Shown here piece after piece: positions 9,022 through 18,540 of a DNA stretch of 59,057 bases. The position numbers and the translations under genes were made by a program. Numbering within the stretch: the stretch's first letter is position 1; each line of letters begins with the position of its first letter. The notes under the pieces are model-generated. The model had not been told where the DNA came from and ran no database searches. It saw nothing but the letters and a program-made list of their open reading frames with translations. The stretch spans positions 1 to 59,057 of the IMG/VR virus record IMGVR_UViG_3300013005_000043, one strand, 5' to 3'. The stretch comes from a virus (Duplodnaviria > Caudoviricetes).

Positions 9022-10059
9022 TTATAATAATCCTGCTAATTTTTTCCATCTGTTAGCCATTTCGAAGCCTTCAGATAAAACTTGTGTTGTTTCTACGCTT
9101 GGCGCTGTAGTTGCAGATGGTCTAGAAGCCGCAGAATAAGACTCTTTAACCATTCGCTTCTTAGTTTTTGGACGAGCAAAACTTTCTGCCAATGTAGTAA
9201 ATACTAATTTTGTTTCCCTTGTATTTCCTGCTCTATCAAAATTTTCAATTACTTTCATTTTTTGAGCTTCAGTCAATTCAAAGTTACGGAACAACTTGTT
9301 AGTGTAAAGAAGTTTAGCATTAAGAAGATTTACTTCATTGATAACTGATTGAAGACGTTTAACTGTTCGATATGCTTCTTGAAGTTCTTGATCTTTAGCT
9401 ACCAATTCATCTTCCATTTCTTGCATTACATCACCTTCTGGTGCATATGCATTTGGATCTTCTTCGGCATCCATTTCACGAAGAATCGATTCGATGATTT
9501 CATTAACATCTTCTTCTTCTTCATACATTTCGTTAGTCATATCCTCATCTTCTTCCTCATAATACATCCCTTCGTTTGGCATATCAACATCCAATTCATC
9601 TTCTCCTGCCATCATATCATCTTCTAATTCTCGGATGATTGATTCTAGATTTAGATCTTCAGGTGCATCTTCCATATCCATACCTTCGTTGTACTCAGCA
9701 GACATTTCTTCTTCAGATGCTGGTTCTTCATCAGATACCATTTCTTCGCCGTCTTCACCTGCCATTCCTACTTGAAAAGAATAATCATTACCACCAACTG
9801 ATGCTGACAATGAATCATCTGTCCAAGTAAAATCATCACCACCCATCTCTTCTGTTCCTGCCTCTACACCTGTATCTACAGCTGCACCGGCCATTTCTTC
9901 ATCCTCGCCTTCAATCTCAGTTGTTAGTTTAGTAGCTAACATTTCTTTGATTCTTGGCGAAAATGCTTCTTGTAAAGCAATCTTTGCGTTTGCTAAAGCA
10001 GTTTCTTTAACAGCTTTTGCATCAGCGATTGCTTGTTTAAGCAAGTCTGATTTTGCCAT
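9022..10059 (-). CDS. Prohead core scaffold protein (gp22-like)
   Basis: 345 aa, very acidic, coiled coil, immediately upstream of the capsid gene. Confidence 0.8.
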   Translation of the reverse strand: MAKSDLLKQAIADAKAVKETALANAKIALQEAFSPRIKEMLATKLTTEIEGEDEEMAGAAVDTGVEAGTEEMGGDDFTWTDDSLSASVGGNDYSFQVGMAGEDGEEMVSDEEPASEEEMSAEYNEGMDMEDAPEDLNLESIIRELEDDMMAGEDELDVDMPNEGMYYEEEDEDMTNEMYEEEEDVNEIIESILREMDAEEDPNAYAPEGDVMQEMEDELVAKDQELQEAYRTVKRLQSVINEVNLLNAKLLYTNKLFRNFELTEAQKMKVIENFDRAGNTRETKLVFTTLAESFARPKTKKRMVKESYSAASRPSATTAPSVETTQVLSEGFEMANRWKKLAGLL

Positions 10060-10195
10060 TTTTCTCCTTAAATTTTGTTTTTTGGAAATAAGATTATTTG
10101 AAATCTTAATAGAATATAAATATTTTAATATAAACGCTATATTAAGATTGAATAGCGTATTCTACAATAAATATAGACACGTTTGAAAAAACAGT

Positions 10196-10225
10196 AAAAA
10201 AGTCCTAACATTTCTGCTAGGACTT
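10196..10225 (-). terminator. Intrinsic terminator after bS21
   Basis: AAGTCCTAGCA-GAAA-TGTTAGGACTT followed by TTTT and ACT. Confidence 0.85.
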
Positions 10226-10242
10226 AAAATTTTTTTGATTTA

Positions 10243-10482
10243 TTAAAATTTATTTTGCAAATCTCGCATTTTTTGTCGATATTGTGCTTTGGAAACTTGC
10301 ATTCGTTTTTCTACACTAGGTTTGGTAAACGTTCGATGCTCTTTTACATATTCTAATACGCCGCTTTCTTTTACTTTGCGTTTCCAAGTTCGTAATGCAA
10401 ATCCTAAATCATGATTTACTACATTTACTGCCGTTGCATTGCCTGGTACAATGCTTTGATGTTGTTTTTGTTTTTTATTCAT
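10243..10482 (-). CDS. rpsU: Phage-encoded 30S ribosomal protein bS21
   Basis: 79 aa basic protein. ALRTWKRKVKESGVL...HRTFTKPSVEKR matches the bS21 pattern ALRxFKRxxxxxGxL...YxKPS. Confidence 0.85.
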   Translation of the reverse strand: MNKKQKQHQSIVPGNATAVNVVNHDLGFALRTWKRKVKESGVLEYVKEHRTFTKPSVEKRMQVSKAQYRQKMRDLQNKF

Positions 10483-10503
10483 ATATAACTATTAAATTTT
10501 ACC

Positions 10504-10980
10504 TTATGCTCGTTTTGAATTTTGTTGCCTTACATTAAATCTAAAATGTTTTAATTCTGGTTTCTGAGCTAAATACCCTTGAAGTTTTTGTGATTCTAAT
10601 GCAGGATCTTGTCCTAATCTAAAATAAAAATATCCAATCTTACCAGATGGCGATACTGTTTTTTTAATTACGGTAAATCCTTTTCGTTCGGACCAATCTT
10701 GAATTTCTTGTGCTACTGCTTCAGCCGTTGCTGGGTCTCGGAGTATATATTCTATCCCACCTCGATAATCGGTTAAGTTGTTAACTAATTGTGCTTCTTC
10801 TAAATCTGATTCTCCTAGTTGTTTTTGAACTTTTTCCATGGAATCGCTTACTGCATCAATCGATGGAGCTAATTCATCAAACGCACCTTTTACTTTAGAA
10901 ACCATATCGGGATTCGGAAGATCAGACTGTTCGGTTAATCCAAAAAATTCTCGATATAATTTTTTAAATTTACTCATCAT
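10504..10980 (-). CDS. Hypothetical protein, probably head-associated
   Basis: 158 aa ORF in the head cluster with LTEQ and LEEA sites. Confidence 0.7.
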   Translation of the reverse strand: MMSKFKKLYREFFGLTEQSDLPNPDMVSKVKGAFDELAPSIDAVSDSMEKVQKQLGESDLEEAQLVNNLTDYRGGIEYILRDPATAEAVAQEIQDWSERKGFTVIKKTVSPSGKIGYFYFRLGQDPALESQKLQGYLAQKPELKHFRFNVRQQNSKRA

Positions 10981-10988
10981 GCACCTTT

Positions 10989-11017
10989 ATTATAAATAAT
11001 TTTTTTTCAATATCCAA
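10989..11017 (-). promoter_or_regulatory. Composite promoter: TTGGAT-N17-TATAAT overlapping TATTTATA
   Basis: Minus strand reads TTGGAT attgaaaaaaaattatt TATAAT aaaggtgc ATG. Confidence 0.65.
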
Positions 11018-11018
11018 T

Positions 11019-11396
11019 TTATCCAACAGAAAAATAACGATTTAAATGTTGTCCAATATTTTCATATGCTAGAGCCATTCGGTCTTGTGCTTCTTTAAGA
11101 TCGCGCGCAGCTTGTTCAAAATCACGATAATCTTCGTGCATTCTTTTATTACCTTTTTTATGAGCAACATTAGCCATCCAATCATCACTCTCAGTCATAA
11201 TTCTATCTGCACGTTCAACTATATTTTTAACACGTTGTGCAATTTCTTCTAAATCACCTTTTCCGTAAACCGAATCTCCCATTGCAGAAAAATTTGCAAT
11301 TTCTTGTACGAATTGTTGCTTTTCTTCGCGAGATAATGGCTTAGGTTGATCTTGCATCATAGTTTCTAAAATAAACTTTAAATTTGGTGTTCTCAT
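11019..11396 (-). CDS. Hypothetical protein in the head cluster
   Basis: 125 aa helical ORF, translationally coupled to the protease gene. Confidence 0.7.
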   Translation of the reverse strand: MRTPNLKFILETMMQDQPKPLSREEKQQFVQEIANFSAMGDSVYGKGDLEEIAQRVKNIVERADRIMTESDDWMANVAHKKGNKRMHEDYRDFEQAARDLKEAQDRMALAYENIGQHLNRYFSVG

Positions 11397-12031
11397 TATA
11401 TTATCCTACATTTACCATCTTCACATAAAATCGAAGTGATTATTTCGTTTGTTTTTGCGTATCTATTTGTTTTTATATTATTTTTATTAACTGATTCATT
11501 CATGTGCGCAGGCCGCATAAAAGCCCCATGTGTTGATGGATTTGATACGAAGTCCCAACATATCAATTCAAAATCTTCTTGTACTTCTACTACACCTTCA
11601 TTTCGTAATTCTTTTACTGATCCCAACCCACGTGATGAAATGCCTAACGTAATACCTGCTCTAAATAGTTCTTTAAGAATCTTACCAGATGGAGTATCTA
11701 AAATTTGTACAGCACCATTCAAATCATCGCCATTCCACCATATTTTTAAAACATTATGAGAAACGTTATTTAAGTTAACTACCGATGATTCGGGATGATC
11801 TAATTCTCCTAATGCTCTATGTTGATCTATATATTCTTTTTGATACCGTTGACATTCTCTTTGTAAAATATGTTTTGGATAAACACGTCCGTTTTGATTT
11901 TTAGCGCCTGCTCGTTGCAAAACACCTTGCACAACAAAACCACCAGGTAATCCATATGCAGCACCGCTTGATTCAGTTAATGAACCAATTGGCTTGAATG
12001 GCATATATTCTACTATTAGATGTTTTGACAT
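11396..12031 (-). CDS. Prohead core protease (gp21-like)
   Basis: NQNGRVYP, ALGELDHP, GISSRGLGS and DFVSNPS motifs. Confidence 0.95.
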   Translation of the reverse strand: MSKHLIVEYMPFKPIGSLTESSGAAYGLPGGFVVQGVLQRAGAKNQNGRVYPKHILQRECQRYQKEYIDQHRALGELDHPESSVVNLNNVSHNVLKIWWNGDDLNGAVQILDTPSGKILKELFRAGITLGISSRGLGSVKELRNEGVVEVQEDFELICWDFVSNPSTHGAFMRPAHMNESVNKNNIKTNRYAKTNEIITSILCEDGKCRII

Positions 12032-12032
12032 T

Positions 12033-12797
12033 TTATTCTCCTAATGCTCTTACGCGTTCTGATATTTTAATTAATCTTTCTGAAATTTTTGTTAATGCAC
12101 TGTCTACTGAAGAACCATATCCATTTCTTGCAATATTTGATTCTGTTTTTAACTTTGATGCATAATTTACAGTACGTTCAATTTCTTGTAATTGTCGCGC
12201 AACTTCTTTTATTGTATGTTTTATTTTTTGTTCAGGAGTCGTTTTTGAATTACCTGTTGCATATGCTCGATATGATTCAATAAGTTTTTCATATTTTGAA
12301 TCCATTGCTTCAGCAACGGCAGATTTCATATGGTTTGACGTTTTATCTTTTCTTTTAGATAATCCTGGCGTATTTGTTAAATCAACAGAAGGATATTTGT
12401 AGTTTTTATGTTGCCAATTTTTATCATCTTCTGCAAAAGGAAACTTATCTGTATACTCTTCTTCTTCATCTTCTGGAGCTTGATAGTCGCCTAATTTCCA
12501 GCTTGGAGAAACATTTACGGATTCATATGTTTTTGATTTATTTCGCCATTTACCTGGTTTGGCAAATGCTGCAGGTATATTATAACCAGCAATTGCACCC
12601 GTAGCATTTTGTTCGTCTAATTCTTCATCATCTTGAAGAATAGCACGCTTTCTTGCTTTTCTTCTATGATGCAAATAGTCATCAGATTTGTCATGATCTC
12701 CATCATTATCAATATCATCATCTTCATGATCAACTGCATCCAATGATTCTTCTAATTCAATAAACTTGTTTTCTATTTCTTTTAATAACGATTTCAT
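12033..12797 (-). CDS. Hypothetical head-associated protein
   Basis: 254 aa, MKSLLKE N-terminus, lies between portal-linked genes and the protease. Confidence 0.7.
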   Translation of the reverse strand: MKSLLKEIENKFIELEESLDAVDHEDDDIDNDGDHDKSDDYLHHRRKARKRAILQDDEELDEQNATGAIAGYNIPAAFAKPGKWRNKSKTYESVNVSPSWKLGDYQAPEDEEEEYTDKFPFAEDDKNWQHKNYKYPSVDLTNTPGLSKRKDKTSNHMKSAVAEAMDSKYEKLIESYRAYATGNSKTTPEQKIKHTIKEVARQLQEIERTVNYASKLKTESNIARNGYGSSVDSALTKISERLIKISERVRALGE

Positions 12798-13648
12798 TGA
12801 TGCACTCCTTGTAATTCTGTAAGCAAATCAAAATAACGTAACAAAGAAAGAATGTTTGATTCTTTAATTGTTTTCATATTTTCTACAGTGCATAACATTT
12901 CTGAAAGTTTTTGTACTTTTATTTTTGTAGCTCGATCTGTAATTAACTTTGCTTGTCCGGCAAGTTGTTTTTTAATACTTGGTATGATTTGCTCTATATA
13001 TTCTTTTAATGCAGTCGTATCATTTACATTTGTTATGTATTTATTTAACAATTGTTTTTGCGATTCATTTAAAACAGAATATTTTTCATTGAATTTATCT
13101 ACAAGTATTTTATATGCTAAAAGTCGTACTTCTTTTGGTTGAGCTCGATATGTTTCATATACTATATCTCTAGTTTCTTTTTTTACTGGAGAAATTAAAA
13201 CATTGCTTAATATTGCAGATTTACATTCCATTATTTGATTTGGATTATCCGTTTCTTCGTGTTCAAATAACATGTATATCGATGCTAATGTTTTATAATT
13301 TGGAATATGTATTTTTGCCATATTCTCAAAAACAAACTTTTCTGAAATTTCTTTTACAAGATTGTATTTTTGTCGCTTTAATGTTTGTTGGTTTAATTTT
13401 TTATAAGACTCTTTAATAGTTCGTATATAATCTAAAGCACGAGCTTCACTTTTGAATTGTTGTTCTTTTAACAATGAATTATAAAGTTGTAATTCCTTGG
13501 ATAATTCAGTATTTCGTCCAAAATATTTTTTAATAATATCTACAGTTAATGTTTTATTTGAAGATAATGTTTCGGATGTTAGTTTTCTAACTAAAATTTC
13601 AAAAAGAATTCCGGTGTTTTTATATTTCGAATGTTTTAATTTTTTCAT
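12794..13648 (-). CDS. Hypothetical protein downstream of the portal
   Basis: 284 aa, KHSKYKNTGILFEILVR N-terminus, with a late motif and SD upstream. Confidence 0.75.
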   Translation of the reverse strand: MKKLKHSKYKNTGILFEILVRKLTSETLSSNKTLTVDIIKKYFGRNTELSKELQLYNSLLKEQQFKSEARALDYIRTIKESYKKLNQQTLKRQKYNLVKEISEKFVFENMAKIHIPNYKTLASIYMLFEHEETDNPNQIMECKSAILSNVLISPVKKETRDIVYETYRAQPKEVRLLAYKILVDKFNEKYSVLNESQKQLLNKYITNVNDTTALKEYIEQIIPSIKKQLAGQAKLITDRATKIKVQKLSEMLCTVENMKTIKESNILSLLRYFDLLTELQGVHQ

Positions 13649-13687
13649 CGTTTCCTTATACAGTATCTCGATTTTTAATAAATATGT

Positions 13688-15538
13688 TTAATCTTGTAAA
13701 ATATTGTTTTCATCTAACATAGTTCCCGAATCATTTGATAATGGATCTATTTTATCTTTTAAAGATTCTAATAAGATATCTGGAGTTTTATTATTTTTCC
13801 GTTTCAGATGTTTTAAAATTTCATGCGATTCTCGTTGATGTGGTTTGATTGTTTCTGCAGATCGCGGATCTGGTTGAAATGTGGTTGCCTGATTGCCAGA
13901 TTTAAATGCCTGATCAATTGTTTTCTTGCCGGTTGGATCCCATCCAAATTCATTTTTATGTTGTCCAAATTTAATTCCTTCTTTTGGACGACCACCTTTA
14001 TCTTTTTCTTCTACTTCATCCGATGACATATGTATTGATGCTAAATCATGTGGCGTGCCAAATGATACACCGGTGATTGCTGGATCATTTCCTTCTTGCT
14101 CAATTTGATTTTGACGGAATCTCAATTTGAGATCTTCAACTACATCGGTTCTTTGCTGTAACCATTGATCTTCGGACATATTGAATATATACTCATATAT
14201 AAACTTGTCCGATAACAATTTTGAGTCTTTCATTGCAGTTGCTAATGTCATTTTTTCAGTCATTAGTGCAACTTTTTGTTGATCATAAATAATTGATGGC
14301 GCCGTTAATTCTAATTCAAAATCAATTAAATCTTCCCCTTCAAAGCCTTGTGTATATAAATGTACTATTGCAATTTTATATAATTCAGAAACAATTATTT
14401 TTTGAATTCGCTCAATTGTTCTAGCAAATCTAATATCCATTGCAGCTAACGTTGTTTTTCCTTCTACTGCTTCCGAATAACCTAAAAATGCTTTTGGTAC
14501 TTTTAATGCACCTACCATTTTATCTTTTATGTAATTAATATCATCCATTCCGGTAAATGTCATACCAGGTAACGTATCAATTGATGTAGTAGAATTACCG
14601 CCGCGGACAGGCAAGTAATAATCTTCCAACATGTTGTTGAGATTAAACTTTAAGTTGTAATTACCAGTTTGCGGATCAATATGTGGTATTTTTTTCATTT
14701 TATTGATAATTTGTTCCATAAATGCATCTACTTCATTTGGCGGAATATTACCAATATCAATTTTAAAAATACGTTTTTCTGGTGCACGCATAATACGATG
14801 TATTAGCATTGCATCTTCCATCATCATTAATTTTTGAAATTCTTTACGTGCTCCTTCTAACATAGATCTACCATATGGTAAAAAGTTAGAATCGGATAAC
14901 ATTCTAAAATGTGCTATTTCAAAAACATCATAACCTTGTTGTCGATTTCCTACGTGTTTGAATTCAATTTTATATTCTCCTGTAGCTTCGTTATATTCTT
15001 CCCAACGTTCGATTTCATAACTAGAAAATGGTCGTACGTTAATTACTCCAATTTCGTTTGCAATATCCAACTTTAAGAAGAAATCTCCATATTTGGTCAT
15101 GTTTCTAATCCATGTCCATAAATTGAATTCAATGTTTAAAATATCATAAAATAAATTATATAGTATTTTTTGAATTCTACTATTGCTAGTTTTAATTGTC
15201 AATATATCACCAAATTGATTGGCCAATGTTGATTCATCGGAATATATATCTAATGCTGCACTAATTATTGGATCACGATCCATCATTTCATAATCAGCAT
15301 ATAATTGCATCCTGTTTTGATGCATATAATAATTTGAATCATAACCGCCCATTCCTCCGACCATATGCTTGTTTGCACCATGCATTCTGGTATATCTATC
15401 CGCAACTTTTGTTTGATTTAAATTACCACGAGATTGAAGTTGATTTGTATCTACAACTTTTAATCGATCTTTGCCATACGAACGAACAACGACGTTTGTA
15501 GCAAATAAGTTTTGTAAGCGTTTTCTCAATGAAGGCAT
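13688..15538 (-). CDS. Portal vertex protein (gp20-like)
   Basis: MEDAMLIHRIMRAPEKRIFKIDIGN, EDYYLPVRG, IDTLPG and ALKVPK motifs. Confidence 0.95.
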   Translation of the reverse strand: MPSLRKRLQNLFATNVVVRSYGKDRLKVVDTNQLQSRGNLNQTKVADRYTRMHGANKHMVGGMGGYDSNYYMHQNRMQLYADYEMMDRDPIISAALDIYSDESTLANQFGDILTIKTSNSRIQKILYNLFYDILNIEFNLWTWIRNMTKYGDFFLKLDIANEIGVINVRPFSSYEIERWEEYNEATGEYKIEFKHVGNRQQGYDVFEIAHFRMLSDSNFLPYGRSMLEGARKEFQKLMMMEDAMLIHRIMRAPEKRIFKIDIGNIPPNEVDAFMEQIINKMKKIPHIDPQTGNYNLKFNLNNMLEDYYLPVRGGNSTTSIDTLPGMTFTGMDDINYIKDKMVGALKVPKAFLGYSEAVEGKTTLAAMDIRFARTIERIQKIIVSELYKIAIVHLYTQGFEGEDLIDFELELTAPSIIYDQQKVALMTEKMTLATAMKDSKLLSDKFIYEYIFNMSEDQWLQQRTDVVEDLKLRFRQNQIEQEGNDPAITGVSFGTPHDLASIHMSSDEVEEKDKGGRPKEGIKFGQHKNEFGWDPTGKKTIDQAFKSGNQATTFQPDPRSAETIKPHQRESHEILKHLKRKNNKTPDILLESLKDKIDPLSNDSGTMLDENNILQD

Positions 15539-15590
15539 AATTTAATCTATTTTATTATAAATATAACTAGATGTAGAACATGAAGATTTT

Positions 15591-17168
15591 TTAACGTATC
15601 AACCAAGTTAGATCTTCATCGTTATGACCGTTATTCCATGTCCATCCATCTGTATTATTTGATGGTCGACCCGTATAGATTTTTGTTTCAGATTTTTGAA
15701 ATTGTGATAATGCTCGTTTATGCAATTCAATACCTTGCTGTCGCAATTTTAAGGATGTATCTCGTAACCACAATCCAATACAAAATGACATTACAAGGTC
15801 ATCGTTATATCCATTCTGTGATTGTGCTTTACCATTTAACCAAACAAAAACAAATAATTCTTGAATTAATCTTTTAGAACGAATTACTGGTGTTCGTTCT
15901 CTCATATACATTTCTAGTGCTGATATCATTAATGGACGCGTACGTGAGGTTGTTGATACACCCGGGACCATTTGTGATTTGTCCTTCATATCATAACCTT
16001 TTTTAAGTTGCGTATCTACATCAACATAACCATCATCTTTATATGTATAAAATAAATTTTCATAACTACGGTCTAGTGCGGGTTGAATTGCAGCCCAACC
16101 AATGTTTGCATTTTCTATTGCTAATAATGCATTGTTCCATTCAGTTGCAACTGATACAAGCATATTACCAAAATCTTTAGGAGGCAATTTACCTTTATAT
16201 TCAGCAACTTGTGCAATTGATTCTACATCAATAACATGAAATGTTGACCAGTCAGCACCATCACCTCGTGCAACGTCTGCTACTACTATATAATTTTTTT
16301 CATAGTTTGGATATTCCCAAATCCAATATGCATTATCAAATCCTCGTCGTTCGATAGGGTCTGTACATTTTAATTCGTAATCCATTAATATAGAACCATC
16401 TATTACAGTATGTCCAGATGAAATGAAATCGCAATCGCATTCTTGTGCTGCACCTCGTTCACCTAATAATTGTGTTTGTTCATCACGCCATTTTTGATCT
16501 CGATCTGGATGTACGGTCCAATGTAGCTTGATTGTATGAAATCCATTAATTTCTTGTTCAGCTTCTGACCAAACTGAGTGGAACCAGTTACCAATACCGT
16601 TGGGTGTAGATAATACGATTGCGCCTCCACCTGTTGATAATGTAGCTTGCGATGCTATCCATATTTCTTCAATATTACGAATAAACGCAGCCTCATCTAT
16701 AATTAACAATGATAATGCTTCCGATCGTGCTCCTGTAGTTGCCGACGATACCGCTTTAATTTGCGAACCATTTTTAAATTTCAATGAAAGTTTATTATCT
16801 GCTTCAATTGTTCCTTTTAGCCAACTTGGTAAATTATCGTGCATTACCCGTACTTTAGTAACCAAGTTTTTTGCTACTTCTTGTGTTGTTGCAATAACTA
16901 ATACGTTAAAGTCATCTTTGAAAAGCATGCTCCATAAAGCAAATCCTGCAGACAATGTTGATATACCTAACTGACGAGACTTTAATATTACATTATAACG
17001 ATTGTCTCGTAGTTCCGTTAAAGAATCTTCCTGAAACGGATATAGATTAAATTTAATTTTACCTCGTTTAGGATGTTGAATATAACAATATTGTTTCATG
17101 AAAAAAACAGGATCTTTAGCACACATTGTGTACTGTTGTTGAATGATCTGTTTTATATTCTGTGACAT
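15591..17168 (-). CDS. Terminase large subunit (gp17-like)
   Basis: KSRQLGIS Walker A variant, LLIIDEAAF Walker B, STPNG, ADVARGDGADWS and DDLVMS nuclease motifs. Confidence 0.95.
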   Translation of the reverse strand: MSQNIKQIIQQQYTMCAKDPVFFMKQYCYIQHPKRGKIKFNLYPFQEDSLTELRDNRYNVILKSRQLGISTLSAGFALWSMLFKDDFNVLVIATTQEVAKNLVTKVRVMHDNLPSWLKGTIEADNKLSLKFKNGSQIKAVSSATTGARSEALSLLIIDEAAFIRNIEEIWIASQATLSTGGGAIVLSTPNGIGNWFHSVWSEAEQEINGFHTIKLHWTVHPDRDQKWRDEQTQLLGERGAAQECDCDFISSGHTVIDGSILMDYELKCTDPIERRGFDNAYWIWEYPNYEKNYIVVADVARGDGADWSTFHVIDVESIAQVAEYKGKLPPKDFGNMLVSVATEWNNALLAIENANIGWAAIQPALDRSYENLFYTYKDDGYVDVDTQLKKGYDMKDKSQMVPGVSTTSRTRPLMISALEMYMRERTPVIRSKRLIQELFVFVWLNGKAQSQNGYNDDLVMSFCIGLWLRDTSLKLRQQGIELHKRALSQFQKSETKIYTGRPSNNTDGWTWNNGHNDEDLTWLIR

Positions 17169-17169
17169 A

Positions 17170-17550
17170 TTATTTTAAAATTTCATTGATTAATATTCCA
17201 GAGCCTAATGTTGTAAATATACCCAATCCAAACCACAATCCTTTTGAATCATACCATTTTGGTTTAAGATAACGTTCTCTACGAATGTATATTTCTACAT
17301 TCTCTTGTAGTAATGCAATTTGTTGATCTTTATAACGAAGTTGCAATGAATCCAATTTAATTAATTTTTCATGTTGCATCGTTAATGTTTCAAACTTTTC
17401 AATCAATGCATTATTGATAGAATCTGCAGCATATAATGAATCTAATGTATATGAAATATCAATAATTTCTTGTTGAGTAAAACATGTATCTGGTTTAGTT
17501 TGCGTCAATGCAAACATTGGAAATAACAATATAATTAATAAATGTTTCAT
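17170..17550 (-). CDS. Exported coiled-coil protein with C-terminal hydrophobic segment
   Basis: Signal peptide MKHLLIILLFPMFALT|Q, heptad region, and GLWFGLGIFTTLGSGILI. Confidence 0.65.
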   Translation of the reverse strand: MKHLLIILLFPMFALTQTKPDTCFTQQEIIDISYTLDSLYAADSINNALIEKFETLTMQHEKLIKLDSLQLRYKDQQIALLQENVEIYIRRERYLKPKWYDSKGLWFGLGIFTTLGSGILINEILK

Positions 17551-17551
17551 A

Positions 17552-17887
17552 CTATTTTTTTGGTTTTCTGCCTCGACGGGTCTTGTTTAAAATATTTTGT
17601 TTTGCTGCATCAACTGGTAATTCATTTACTTGAACATTGTCTTTTGCATTTTGTAAATCTTTGATATCTTGTTTAGTATCTTGAATTACATCTTTTACTT
17701 CTTCTCGTTGTTCTTCAACAACTTCAGTTTTGCCTTGTAATTGATCAATTTTTTGATTATTATCATCAATTTTAATATCTGATTTTGTAACTTTCTTTTT
17801 GTTAATTTTATCACTCGTAAAAATAATAGCAATAAATGCTATAATTGCTCCAATAATAATAGCCCAATATTTTTTAATCGTTTTCAT
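17552..17887 (-). CDS. Membrane-anchored coiled-coil protein (i-spanin-like topology)
   Basis: N-terminal TM WAIIIGAIIAFIAIIF followed by a coiled coil. Confidence 0.6.
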   Translation of the reverse strand: MKTIKKYWAIIIGAIIAFIAIIFTSDKINKKKVTKSDIKIDDNNQKIDQLQGKTEVVEEQREEVKDVIQDTKQDIKDLQNAKDNVQVNELPVDAAKQNILNKTRRGRKPKK

Positions 17888-18524
17888 TTTGTTTAGTTTC
17901 CTTATTTAAATTTTCTAAAAATTTTGTTTTAAATTCTTCAAATTGTTTTTGAATAGTTTGATCAAATTCTTCTGCAGTCATTTTTGCAGTCCATGTTTCA
18001 GTAATACCATCACTATTACTAACAAATTCTTGTGCTTGCGTATATGCTTGTTTTAACAATTCAACATCTCGTTCTGCATCTCGTAACCAAGCTAATGCAT
18101 TTTCTCGAATTTTATTTTGTTCATATTCTTGATACGTGCCTTGCTTTTTTAATTCATGTTCCATTTCAATTACACAATCAAAACACATTCCGTGAATTTT
18201 TCTCATTTTTTGATCTAATTGATGCGTTCCAATACACGTACATACATCTTTTTTGCAATTAGGAAATGATTGTAATTCATCTCGAATTGATTGGAATATA
18301 TCAGAATTTTTTGTTTTTCGAATTCGAAATCCTTCTCGTTGTTCTATAACGTAAGTATTTCCATTGACATCCGTTTCTTCCCATATATCGCCAACGTTGC
18401 GATGCTCAGTTTGTTTTCCTTTTGATTCGGCATCAGAGAATCCATGGGTTTTTTTAGTTTGAAACTTATGGGTACCATCCAACATTTGTTGAATAGCTTT
18501 AACATTTTGTAACTTTTTTGACAT
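17874..18524 (-). CDS. Hypothetical protein with Cys cluster
   Basis: 216 aa with CKKDVCTC...CFDC. Confidence 0.7.
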   Translation of the reverse strand: MSKKLQNVKAIQQMLDGTHKFQTKKTHGFSDAESKGKQTEHRNVGDIWEETDVNGNTYVIEQREGFRIRKTKNSDIFQSIRDELQSFPNCKKDVCTCIGTHQLDQKMRKIHGMCFDCVIEMEHELKKQGTYQEYEQNKIRENALAWLRDAERDVELLKQAYTQAQEFVSNSDGITETWTAKMTAEEFDQTIQKQFEEFKTKFLENLNKETKQNEND

Positions 18525-18540
18525 AACTTGTTATTAATTA

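Noticed and set aside
7339-17168. Introns or inteins in capsid, portal or terminase
   Set aside because: Lengths and motif spacing are ordinary, and no splice-junction or homing-endonuclease motifs were seen.
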